Shown in pieces: positions 27,904-39,348 of a stretch of DNA of 64,000 nt; positions within the stretch are counted from its first letter, which is position 1; every line of letters begins with the position of its first letter. The translations under genes and the position numbers were made by a program. The notes beneath the pieces were generated by a model, which saw only the letters and a list, made by a program, of their open reading frames with translations, was not told where the DNA came from and searched no databases. This stretch comes from Ancylonema sp. (taxonomy: Eukaryota): NCBI GenBank assembly GCA_050230475.1, contig JBFLGF010000120.1:1-64000 (forward strand), read 5' to 3'.

Positions 27904-30741
27904 TTACCGCACGTCTTCACGGAGGCGGCCGTCCATGTATTCATGAAATGCATGTAGCTGCTTCCAGTATGTTGTCCCGTCTCTTGAGGGCTGCAGGGAC
28001 GCATATTCACAGGTTGAGGGAGGAGACGAGCACTTGTCCTCGTCAAGCAGCAGGTTACGTAATCATCCCTTTGGAAAAAACGTGGAAGTGTTGATTGAAG
28101 AGCACAGTACAAGGCACATGAATTGTCAGCAGCGCAGATATAGTCCAAGGAGGAAGACCTGGGACAAGGAGCACACCCGTATTCTACGTCTTGAGAATGC
28201 CAGGACAGATACGGAAGTACAAAGCGACTCAGTCGATTTCCCTCACTCTGTTTCAGTTTCTCACCTGGTTCAGGTTGTTCACAAAGGCTTCCCGAACTGT
28301 TGGCTGCTCCGAAAAGCTCCAGTCTGCCACTTGGAAACCAATCTCCCCCTGTTCCCACATCCACACCCGAATGGCATCATTGCTTCTGCCTCTCTTGCAC
28401 TCTGCTTCATGCCATACTGCAGCTGTTGGGACAGTACCTGACCAAGCATACAACGGGGGCTCGACATCTGCCCTGGATCCTGACTAACCAGGATTCGCCA
28501 GCTGGCACAAGTTGTCTAGAATATTTTCACGTAAATATGGCAGCTATGGAAAGTATAGAAGTCTAGATCTTTCAAAAGGGAGGTGCTCTGCTGACCTCCG
28601 GAACGATATGTCGAAGGAAAAAGTCGAGTGACTCAATTTTACCTCCGGTTTCCGGATGTCGAACCAGTTGATCATCTTGACGTGAGGAAGATGCCGCCTC
28701 AAATCCACCGACATTTCATCATCTGCTTGGGCGGTAAACACCTGACCACATGCACACACAGTCCAGCTCTGAACATGAGAAAGATGAGGAAGAAGAAGAA
28801 GAAGAAGAGGAATGCACAAGGCAGGCGAAGTACGCTGCAAAGTATATATCAGAGCATACATCAGAGCATATATGAGAGCATGTATCAGAGCATGTATCAT
28901 ATACACGTGACAACAACTTAATATGTACAACAGGCAAGGCGCATACACGATGAGTGAGGAGCGTTCTACGGTCCCTCACCTGCCTCCACCATGAACTCTT
29001 CACTTCCATCTCGGACGCACAGCAGAAGGCATTCACATTGAAAAGGGCAGCAGTCTCGGGAATGGCCATGGGTTTGTTGTGCACGCCGTCCACGCAGAAC
29101 GAGGCGTAGAAGTCAGGGACCATGCTCTCGTCGCCAAGGATCCCATTGTATCGGCCTGTCAGCTGAAAACAAGGAATAATACATGTGACTTCCTGCCCTC
29201 CCTCCCTGTTCATGTGTCCGCCCAAGGCACGATCGGGGTGGAGAATACAAGGAGAAATTTAAACCATTCCATTCTCTTGAACATACTTCGAGCCTCTGTC
29301 TATACTCCATTGGAGAGTCTATCCACCCAATCAACCACGTCATCTCCAGGATAATACGGGCCGTACATGTCATCGTACTCATTCAGCACTCCATCGCGGT
29401 TGGTGTCCAGGAGAGCAAAGTCTTCACAATACACACAGGAGTAGACCCCGCCTGAAAAAGGGTAACCGGCCCCGTTATTTGGCGCCCACAGCATGGCAAG
29501 GCGTGCCACCTTGGCATGCAGGATGGATGCGACCAACCGGACTTTATGCTTGTACAGAGTGGGGCTCTGGGACCACGGGTACCAGCTTCCATTCATTTCA
29601 TGTGCGAATCGGATCATGTATGAGACTCCTTTGGCAGCGAACACGTGGAGGAAACGAGCTAGCTGGATCACCACAACTTCGGTGACAGACTCCAGTCCGA
29701 GGTTGGGCTCCAGTGTCACCAGCGCAAGTCCTCTGCGTTCTGCCACCTGCCAAACGTAGCACAAATTACTTGAAGTTGGTCCCGGGTTGTCTCATATGGC
29801 CCAATCACCCAAAGATTCATGAACAATCGAAGGAATTGCTGACAGTGGTCTCCAAGGTCTGGCTAGACCAGTGCTATATTCAGCCTCGCAGCCACTGACA
29901 CAAGAACACAAAGCTGGCGTTTCATCATGTGGCTTGCAAACACTTCCAGTGCCAAGATCATCATGACCGTCATGCAAACTAGCAGCTCATAAGCGGCAAT
30001 GTGTGAGCTGGAGACTGTTTTGAGCACCTCCAAGTTTTCGGAATCAGATTAATACAGAATGCAATACAACCAAAAATGTTAAAATTAGTTGTGCTGAAAA
30101 GGGCACTCTTGCAACCTCGAACTGTTCCTAGAAGTGCTTTCTAAAAGAACTGAAGATTTTGCGCGTCTTGGTCTGTGTGATACTCTGAATGCATTGTATG
30201 ATGTCACCATAGACATATGACGCCTAGCCCACAGTAAATAAAAAGAAGATCGCAATGATCAAACATAATAATAGGCTACTTGGCCAATTATGGTGGCTGA
30301 AGATGCTGGATATTGTCTATCCTAAAGACGGAATTCATAATATTTGCTGTACTTCCTCTGTTGGAAAAATAAACAGTCGCACGATTAGGCTACCTGGGAG
30401 TATGTGGCTAAGGTAATCGGTAATCGGCATATGGTAACAAGACAGTCAACGACCTGGTCCAGGAACTCCCTGAGGAATAAAACGTCCTCTCCTCGCATGG
30501 GCAACTCGATAAACGTCCCAAATGTGACCGGATTTACGCCAAGTACTCGCGGATAATGCTCCAGCTCCACCTGATTGTCCATGTTCACACCAAACCACAC
30601 TCCAGATTCTGGTTCCAGAGGGGCTAGATGGGCTAGATGGGCTAGAGGGGCTAGAGCCTCCAAGTTTCGGAAAAAGGTAAGGAGCAAGAAGCAACGGAGC
30701 ACAGCTATGAGCCTAAGGCAATTTGTTATTCTGAGGGCCAT
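27904..30741 (-). CDS. Secreted glycoside hydrolase family 26 (beta-mannanase-like) protein, 6 visible exons; one conserved segment is absent, so possibly a pseudogene
   Basis: Exons 30741-30454, 29746-29327, 29162-28980, 28741-28643, 28348-28265 and 27990-27904 are all phase 0. Signal peptide. GH26 motifs: VTLEP, IRFAHEMNGSWYPW (acid/base Glu), MLWAPN, YYPGDDVVDW, KPMAIPETAA (nucleophile Glu), KMINWFD. The last exon is the least certain. Confidence 0.85.
28845..28900. repeat. Intronic 12-bp tandem repeat (ATCAGAGCATRY-like, ~4-5 copies)
   Basis: atatcagagcatacatcagagcatatatgagagcatgtatcagagcatgtatc; a (GAA)n tract lies nearby at 28789-28808. Confidence 0.75.
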
Positions 30742-31415
30742 TAGGATTACGACTATGCCACTATTTAACAGATACCTCCCTGAACTCTGGACGGCTGTGC
30801 TCCCGAAGAGACTCAGCGTAATGGTATCAGACCAGTCATAAGTGGTGCTTTTGGGTCCGGCACTACAAGTTAATGAGCTTCTAGAATGGCCGGAGTCTTG
30901 AAAATGACGTTCCGCATGTCGATCTCGCGGGGAAAAAAAACGAAAAACAACTATTCACGCTGCGTAATTATGTCTGAGTGGCTTCTGAAATCATCAAATG
31001 CTGGCCCAAATGATCCTGACCACCTGCCTCGATCGACTACGGAACTGCCTCGTTGAATTTCACCACAAGTCTGTCCGGACAGTATTCTGCTCAAAATAGT
31101 ACCTACTTTCAACGACTGCGACGGGTGCGCCATTTCGGAACCTACTGCTCGTGGGAAACAAGATCTCTACACGTGGTGAGCTGCTGTGACGGAAGTGGGT
31201 AATGCATCCGCAAAAGTGACGCTGACAGTTGAGCGTAGTCGCACCCCGCCAGTCACTTCAAGCCCTCAAGCTGGCCTCCACCCGCGTCTCCCTGTCCCAT
31301 TCACCCGTCACCGGGACCCCGCCCGCATTCCATCCGCTTTCCACCTGTCCCGCCCGCAGTACACCCGGGTGGCCGCCAAAGTGTGGCGAGCGGACAGGTA
31401 AATGTGGCGGGCGGA

Positions 31416-31948
31416 CAGAGTTGGCCCCGCCCCGGGGAAAAAATATCCCGCCCGGGGCGCCGCCCGGAGTGAATTCGCCCGGGGCGGAAAGCGGGGAAGG
31501 ATTTGCGGGGCGGGGCCATAGGCCAAAATACGAAAAAAAACAATTGCCGCAATGCGGAGATATGGCTGGTTTTGTCAAAAACCGACTTCTTGCACAATGT
31601 GCACCATACGCCACAAGTCCGACATCATCTAATGTCACCCATGAGTCCGACTTGTGGCGTGGTGTGGTATTTTTCGATTTAAAAAAAAAACAAAAAAAAA
31701 GAAATTGAGATATACAAAAGAATATTACACGGGTAAAGATGACATGCGCACTTAGTGTTATAAAATCTTAAATACTCGTCGGACTTAAATTTTAAAAACA
31801 TGTACATGATCTACGTGGTCTTGGGGTCCTTATGCAAATAAACATAAAAAACCTCTATGGCCCCGCCCCGGGCGGGATATTCTCCGCCCGGGGCGAGCCC
31901 GCCCGGGGCGAAAATTGGGGCGGGATTTGCGGGGCGGGGCTAACTATG
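31416..31948. mobile_element. GC-rich non-autonomous hAT-like element, ~533 bp
   Basis: 18-bp TIR CAGAGTTGGCCCCGCCCC / GGGGCGGGGCTAACTATG (2 mismatches). A ~90-100-bp self-complementary GCCCGGGGCG-rich unit sits at both ends. No TSD recognisable. Confidence 0.7.
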
Positions 31949-31966
31949 TCTTGAAGAGAGAATTAT

Positions 31967-32397
31967 AGAGGATCCGCTACGGCCTCGCAAATCTTTGAGC
32001 ATAATTTGGAGATATGCTCGGTGATGATCAATTTATCATGCGGCAAAATAACATGTGCTTAATTTGCATACGTTATGGCTTGAGCATTTTGAAGCAAAAT
32101 AATTGCCACGTAGGCGAACAAGTAGTTTCCGATTGATCCGGATGAAACTTTTAAGTTTTCTGCCACGTAGGTGAACCGTACGAGAATCTGATTGGTCGAG
32201 AATCTGATTGGTCCAGAGGTTATGCTCAACCCGATGATTTACGCAAACTTCTAATCATATTTTGGGAAAATTTGCGACAAGATATGCGTAAATCATCCGG
32301 CAGAATGTCCTGAGCATAATAATTTTGATATGCGCAGGTGTTGATGATTTGAGCATATTAATGGCAGGATGATATGCGAGGCCGTAGCGGATGCTCT
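31967..32397. mobile_element. PIF/Harbinger (Tourist)-like MITE, ~431 bp
   Basis: ~23-bp TIR AGAGGATCCGCTACGGCCTCGCA / TGCGAGGCCGTAGCGGATGCTCT (1 mismatch). AGAGCATC-type termini resemble Tourist elements. The 3-bp TSD is not preserved. Confidence 0.7.
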
Positions 32398-32519
32398 CAG
32401 GGAAGCACGAAGGGAACCTCTTTGAGACCTTTGATGAAGGTTTTCATGTTGTTAATCTCTGGGAGTTTTCGGACCCTTCAAATGTGGAATTGTTTTAAGG
32501 CGTAAATGCCACGTGCATA

Positions 32520-33140
32520 CAGTGCTCCCTCGATATAACGACCCTCGATATAGCGACAACCTCGGTATAACGACATTTTTTTGGAACTTTTTTAGAATCA
32601 ACATGAAATCGCCCTCGATATACGCATAATGACACTCTATATAATGACAAATTATTTCAGAAATTTGTTTCTGAATGTCGTTATACTGTGTATATAACGC
32701 TATTGCTCGCAGATAACGATGTATGGAAATCGAGAAAAATATAGAACGGCACCTCAAATTCTATATATAATTCTATATAGGTCCAATAGAATGTGCGTGT
32801 CCGGTGTTGCTTTGTAACGACCTTAATACCTCCCCAACTCTCGTCGTAAAATTTTGTAGTATATTTAGTCCATCCGCATGTATTGGCATTATGACGCACT
32901 TGTATAGCTCGTATATCAATACACACGCTGAATTTAATCATCATGCCAAGGCAACTTACTCTAGGAAACACATAATAAACACATTTGCTTATTTATTCAC
33001 TTTGCTTCATTCGCAAAGTCCCTCGATACAACGACATAGATTTCAGATTATAGTAGTAAATGTCGTTATACAGTGTGTATAACGACACCTCGATATAACG
33101 TTATGAAAAAAATGATTGTCGTTATATCGGGGGAGAACTG
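32520..33140 (+). mobile_element. Tc1/mariner (pogo-like) MITE family B, copy 1, 621 bp
   Basis: TIR CAGTGCTCCCTCGATATAACGAC / GTCGTTATATCGGGGGAGAACTG, TA TSD, internal CTCGATATA repeats. A closely similar inverted copy lies at 60322-60941. Confidence 0.93.
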
Positions 33141-33487
33141 TACTAGGCCCAAAATTGCTCTCTGAGGGGTAGTAACCTTATAACCTTAATAACCTCTTAC
33201 TAGGGGTTACCCCTAAATTTATCAATTGCGAAGGTATACATGTTTTGTGCACCTTATGATAGCTTTAGACACTATGATGCGCCTAAAAAAATGTTATTTC
33301 AATGGATTGATGTGTTTTACGCGCATTTTCGAAACGATCAAAGAGAGCGGGACCCACCACCTCTTTAGGAGCTCGTGAACAACCACATTCACTATCTCAC
33401 ATATGTATGATATACTGCATCACTTTTATTACAAAAACCCTTAGTTTTCTCCAACATGTCTTTGCTTGTATTATACAGTCGGAGTTT

Positions 33488-33590
33488 CGTCACACTCGAA
33501 GTGCCAAATAGTGTCGTCACACTCAATAGTGTCGTCACACTTAATAGTGTCAAATAGTGCCTTCACACTCAAATAGGTGCCGTCACACTT
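33488..33590. repeat. Degenerate ~18-bp tandem repeat (CGTCACACTCAATAGTGT-like, ~5 copies)
   Basis: Repeated gtcacact and aatagtg blocks are directly visible. Confidence 0.7.
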
Positions 33591-34723
33591 ACACTTGCAT
33601 CCTCTACCCTTGCGCAGTCAACCGTAACCGGGTCGATACCCTACCGAGACTGTACGGAACACCTGTGCCACACATGCGACTCTAATAATAATGGAAAAGT
33701 GAAGTGTTGGGCAATGAAACTGATGGCATTTAAAATACAATCAAACAATATTTATCTCGATGCATCATCATTTATCTCCCTACAAAGTGGCGCCTGTTTC
33801 ATCATGTAGGACCACAAGTTTGGAGACAAGTATTTCCCCCGAAGAGCCTTAATCCCGAGTTTCCCGGGTGACTCAATTCCGTACGCCCCCGTTGAGAAGC
33901 CACCAGTGTCGCAGTTCATGACATACATTACTCGTTCGAGCTCAAGGAATACGTGTCTATTTTATGATGTCTACTCAAATTTTCCGCAATGGCGGCAACT
34001 CACTTGTATGTACGTTTTGGTCCGAAGCCTTAAGGCTTTTTATTTCCCCCCCTTGGCAGAGAAATGTAAGCCCGAAAATGACAAGGGGGTGCCATTAGGG
34101 GGGGAAGAATGCCCTTTTGAATCTCTATACTTCCGAGTTTTTGGGGGCTCCTTATCGGCGCCCTAATTAAGATGAGGGTTTATAGACCACAGGAACTGCC
34201 GCTTGAGTCAAGTGGCCCGTAAATGTAGTAATCATGTTGTACACTTGTGGCTAGAGTGGTGGTCTACACTTAACCAGGAAAACCCTTAACCTTTAACCCT
34301 GAGTTCAAGTCCTCCAAATACCCCGGCAGGAAAAAACCGGGTTAAAAACCCGGGAAAACCCGAAATACCCCAAGGTATGTTTGTTTTTCCCGCGTATTTC
34401 CGGGTATTTTAGGGTATTTCAGAGTACATGAATGTAGGTTATGGTAGGTTCTCCCGGGACATTTGTTTGATTTATAGGTCACCCATCTCCATTTGTTTAA
34501 TTTTTTAGTAAAAAAAAAAAAAACCTCGTTGCGGACGGCAAGTGGGGATGAAAAAAATCTTCTCCTGCAACAATTTTATCGGATGCACTGGAGCCCCTCA
34601 TCACGAAACAACCAAGCCGTAGATAACTCTCATAGGAAACTTTACATAGAGTCATTAAATGATCGTTCCTACCTTGGTGAGATTACTTTGTGAAGATGTT
34701 TATTGATTCGAGGTTTTGCAATA

Positions 34724-35395
34724 CCGTACGGGGCACCGTAAATGATTTTTGATTAATTTTTGAAAACCGAAAGTAATCATTTAACTTAATTTTATCAGTG
34801 TAAAATAAGGATACTCAAAACCATCAATAAACCCGTTTCGAGAATCATTTACGAAAATTCGGGGCCACCTAGATGTGACTATAGATGTGATGAAACGGGG
34901 TACCCGACAAAGAAGGCACGTGTAAAACGACACGTATATAATCGAGTGACACCTGCGACGGCGGAAACTAAGTTACCGGGCCCTAAACTCCCACGATGTG
35001 GGAAATTACGCTCATACCGATCATACACGCTACACGAAGAAATTGTACCTTGCATAACGGCAACATCGTGGCCGGGCGAGACATCGTGACTGGACGAGTG
35101 CTTACCACGTGCACTTGCTACGTGAAAAACTACGTTACGTTCAGAGTGACCCACATGCGGGTGGATATGGGCGAGTCATTTGAATTTTAATTCCCAAGGA
35201 AGGATTTTTTTTGGAGACTTTTTATTTCTGCAATCCGGAATCTTCCCCAAAAATCATTGATAATAACTAACGGATATCAGGAATCATTACCAAAAATCAT
35301 CGATAATAACTAACGGAATCCCGGCATCATTAAAAAAAATCATCATGAAAATAATTAATTTTGAAAACATAAATAATTTACGGTGCCCAGTACGG
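34724..35395. mobile_element. Tc1/mariner-like MITE family D (CCGTA termini), 672 bp
   Basis: 20-bp TIR CCGTACGGGGCACCGTAAAT / ATTTACGGTGCCCAGTACGG (1 mismatch), TA on both flanks, internal duplication of AAAAATCATYGATAATAACTAACGGA. Confidence 0.85.
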
Positions 35396-36925
35396 TATGC
35401 TAGTAGCAACATGTAGACCAATTAGGGTGTTCGTTCACATTTGACAATCTCCTTCCCAATCTTTATCGGCAATAATTACAAATAATGTGCATGTCATGCT
35501 ATTTCACCCTATCAAGTGTATAACATGAAAAGGGATAACATCAATGACATGGAAAATAGGTGCATCACAACACACACAATCACATGTTGTATATCGCGCG
35601 TCACACAAGTATCGTACAAGCGTCACCCATATATCATATAAGTGTCCAACAAAACATATTTATGATCAATACACTAGTCAAAGGTTTTTTTTTTTTTTTT
35701 TTAATAGCTAAAGAATAAGGTGAGCGAATCACTTTAATGGACATGCTCCATGATTTTTACATTGATACCGTCGAATATTCGTTTCTACAATGTGTACTTC
35801 ACAACAAATAAAATCACAAGTAGCATGTCAATCATCAAACATGTATCACACATTTTTTTTTCCAAGCATCAATGCATCGATAAACATGAAAGTATTTATA
35901 AACATCGTAAGTGATATCTTATTACATATCGCTACAAAATCAAGATGAGAGAGTCTCTAAAAATGACTAACTCAATGTTGCTTACATTGATAACGTCAAT
36001 ATTCGTCAATATTCGTCAATATTCGTGTGTACAATATTTAGGCCACACGATTGGGTGTTTGTTAAAGAGACTCTCTTAACATCGAAATGTAAGTGTTGAA
36101 AAGTGGGGGGGGGGAGGAGAAAAAGAAAAAAGAAAAAAAAAGTAAGGAGTTTTATGGTTTTCGTTAGAGTAGAATCACCTCACGGAATGTAAGGATATGT
36201 CAGGGTTCTTCGGGTTATTTGGGTTTTTAGGTATATTTTCGGGTATTTAAGGGTTTTAGAGGGGAATTTCGGGTACTTAGGGATACAAATTGTATGCCCT
36301 AAAAACAACCTATCGTATCGTTGGATTTTTAGGCCCTGAAAATTCCGCAGGTAATTAATAAGGTTAAAAATCTAATTAGGGGTAAAACTTCAAAATGTTA
36401 ATAATTCACATCATACAATATCCTTAGGCCAAAATTCAACGCTGATCACAGTGGTCGAGTTAAAAAATAAAAATTATGAAGATTTACCATACTTTTCGCT
36501 CATGACAATAATCGTGATGTTACTAGACGGATTGTTTACAGGAAACATTCGAAAAATGCATGTTGTTGTTTTTTAGGCATGGGTGCAGGAAACCAATGAA
36601 GGTAGTTCACATTTACATTGAATGAGTTTTAAAATATTATTGAGTAGTCATAGGGTATTACAAAGGAAAATTAATTAATTATCATTTTTGTTGCAAAAAC
36701 GACATATGTGGAGAAGTAATACGTATGACATGGTTTGTTTTGCATCAAACCACTCGAAGGAAATCTCTACCTCAATAGAACCCCAACAACGTAGTCACCA
36801 ACGGCGTCACAATTTTTTTTTAGGAAGGGTAAATACCATGAAGAAAACAACCACAAAGTATGAACACAAACTTCACATCCCAATTATAACTTGTTTGTAT
36901 AATGTTGTTGCATATGAGATTCAAA

Positions 36926-39348
36926 TGTAACCATTTTTACAAGTGCTATCCCGAGATATTTAGATCTCCGACTATGAGTTTCCGTACGCTAACCAATATC
37001 TGTCACCGATCAACAATTGACATGAACGTGATAAACGATATTACACACAAGCGATGATTGGAAAAGAGTAATGTGAAAGTGTTCTCGTTGGGCTAATGTG
37101 TCCGACGAGCCGACAACAGTACAATGATTACTGGTCGCTTTTCTAGCCGACGGTCGGAACTATCGACCGTCGTCGTGCCACCGCACGTGTGTCCACGGGA
37201 AACATGCCGGACTCGAATGTCACCACACAATTCAGCCACTGGCGTGGCGACACCGCCTAGCATCCTACAACGACTACTAGAAACGTCACGCCCGTACAAG
37301 TGCGGACGCGCCACATTTGCGGACGGATACCCGGGTATAGCATTCCCGGCTCCGTTTCCTAAAAGACTCTAAGGCAATTAGTTGGACAAGGCAAACAAGT
37401 TATATGTGCCTATCCGAACTCAATTCCTAACACACCCCCTCGGATGCACAGCCTTTGGCATTGTCTGGTGCAAAGGAGGACTACCCTACAATGTGTCAAA
37501 TATCGAACTAGGGGCTCCTATGGGGCTCCTATCTAAGTCATCCCAACACATCCACGCTTGAACTTGAAGCGCTCCCGATCCTTGTCGTTTTTTGGGCTGA
37601 AGCCCTGAACATACAGACAAATACCACAAGTTAGTGAAACACAAAAAACAAAAAAATACATTTTTTACTTTTTGACTTTTCTGTCCTTTTAACCCATGCA
37701 GTCTGAAAACTTTAAACTCGCATAACTTTTTCAAAACATGTGCGTACGACCTGAAATTTTGTCATCATGTTGAAAATAGCAAAGGCAACGTACACACAAA
37801 AAATGAAGTCATTCTGAAAACTTTTGAAATCTGCAAAATCTGCAGAATGTGCTGCCCTTTTTACCTTGGCGTAAAAGTGTTTTAGGGGTATAAAAGGTTG
37901 CTGATGGACTTAGCTGGATGGTGGAGGAGTCCTGATCCCTCCAGATGTGTCCTGGCCCCCCAAAATACAGACCAAAACAAACACACCCCCTGCCAGGCAT
38001 GGCAAAGCATCCGAAAACATCCTAAAAACTTCCAATTCTGTCCAGTTCTGTCCAGTTCTATAAAAACCTCCAGTTCTGTAAAGTTCTGTAAAGTTCTGTA
38101 CACCCCCAGTTTCATTACACCCTTCCAAAACCTATTGACTTAGAATATTTGTCTAGTAAAACCTGTGGCAGGGCCTGAGTGAACATGTCCGGAGGCTGAT
38201 GGGCTCCAGCCAGGTACACGTACTTCAGTGTGCCAGTTCTGTGACACTCCCTGACCCACTGGTACACCACATTAAAGTGTTTAGCTTTCTGTCTTTGGAC
38301 TGGATTCTGTACCATGGACAGGGCTGCAATGGAATCACTGTAAACGGTAATTTCATTCGGGAACTTCAACTCATGCAAGAGCGACTTCAAGTCGCAACAT
38401 TCTTTAGACACACTACATGCAGCGATGTATTCCGACTTTGCAATGGACTGTGCAAGTGTTGACTGTTTCTGCGACTTCCAGCTAAGAGTTTTCCCCCCAA
38501 GTGTTGTTACCCAGCCAGTGACTGACTTCCTTGTCATGCTACAACTGTTCCAACTTGCATCACAGTATCCCCTTATTTCCAGCCTGTCCTTTCCCACATA
38601 CGTGAGTTCGTGGTACGTGGTTCCTTTTAGGTATCCAAACAGTTGGTGTAGGGCTTTAATGTGAGCTTCCCCACGATTACCCATGTGTTTGGCTAGTATC
38701 CCCACCGTGTATGCAATATCGATTCTGGTCTGTTTCATGGCGTAGATCAGAGACCCTATCTAAGCCCTATATTCTGTGATCTGATCGGGGGTAGGGGGAA
38801 TGAGGGGTTCATCATCTTGACTGAACTGTGTGCCTGGGGCTAGGGGAAGTTTAGTGGGGTTGCATCTTTTCGTTCCGTACCGTTTCAGTACCTCTGTGAT
38901 GTATGCCCCCTGACTTAACGTGAGAATTCTTATGTGTCTGTTGCGATGCACTTCCACCCCCAGGATATGGGTTAGGGGACCCAAGTTTTTCATCTTAAAT
39001 TCAGTTGCAATTTCAGTTTTGAATGCTTTGATCACCATGGGGTTAGGGCCTGTAATCACCTGATCATCTACGTGGATACCCGGAATGATGCGACTGTTTC
39101 CCTCCCCCCTTGTGTAGATGCAAGTATCCATAACACATTGTCTGAACCCTTGTTTAAGCATAAAGTTTTGGAACATTTCCCCCCAGACGTTAGAACTCTG
39201 TTTCAGTCCGTACAGTGCCCCCTTAACCAGCAATACTTTGCCCTCTGCCCCCCCCTCGATAAGGTGGAATCTTCATGTAAACAGTCTCCTTACCTCTTTT
39301 AACCGTCCGTGCAAAAATGCGGTTACCACGTCCATATGTTCTAGTTCT
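36926..39348 (-). mobile_element. Ty1/Copia retrotransposon remnant: 3' half of RT, RNase H, PPT and 3' LTR (36926-37432)
   Basis: Minus-strand motifs ELEHMDVVTAFLHG, KGALYGLKQS, IHVDD, MKNLGPLTHILGVEV, TRIDIAYTV, GYCDASW, RKSVTG, SWKSQKQ, YSDSIAAL and KHFNVVYQWVRE, with stops and frameshifts. PPT GAGGGGG(TG) is followed by an LTR running TGTTAGGAATT...TGGTTACA that aligns by eye to the LTR at 39349. Confidence 0.9.

Noticed and set aside
27789..28364. 191-aa minus-strand ORF as a separate gene
   Set aside because: It overlaps GH26 exons 5-6 and the intron between them in another frame, with no recognisable domain.
32452..33082. Conserved ~95-aa ORFs also present at 60263-60780
   Set aside because: The similarity reflects two copies of MITE family B. 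No transposase or other motif is present.
34270..36285. Large element bounded by AAACCC / GGGTATTT repeat clusters
   Set aside because: It looks like subterminal repeats, but I could not define TIRs or a TSD.
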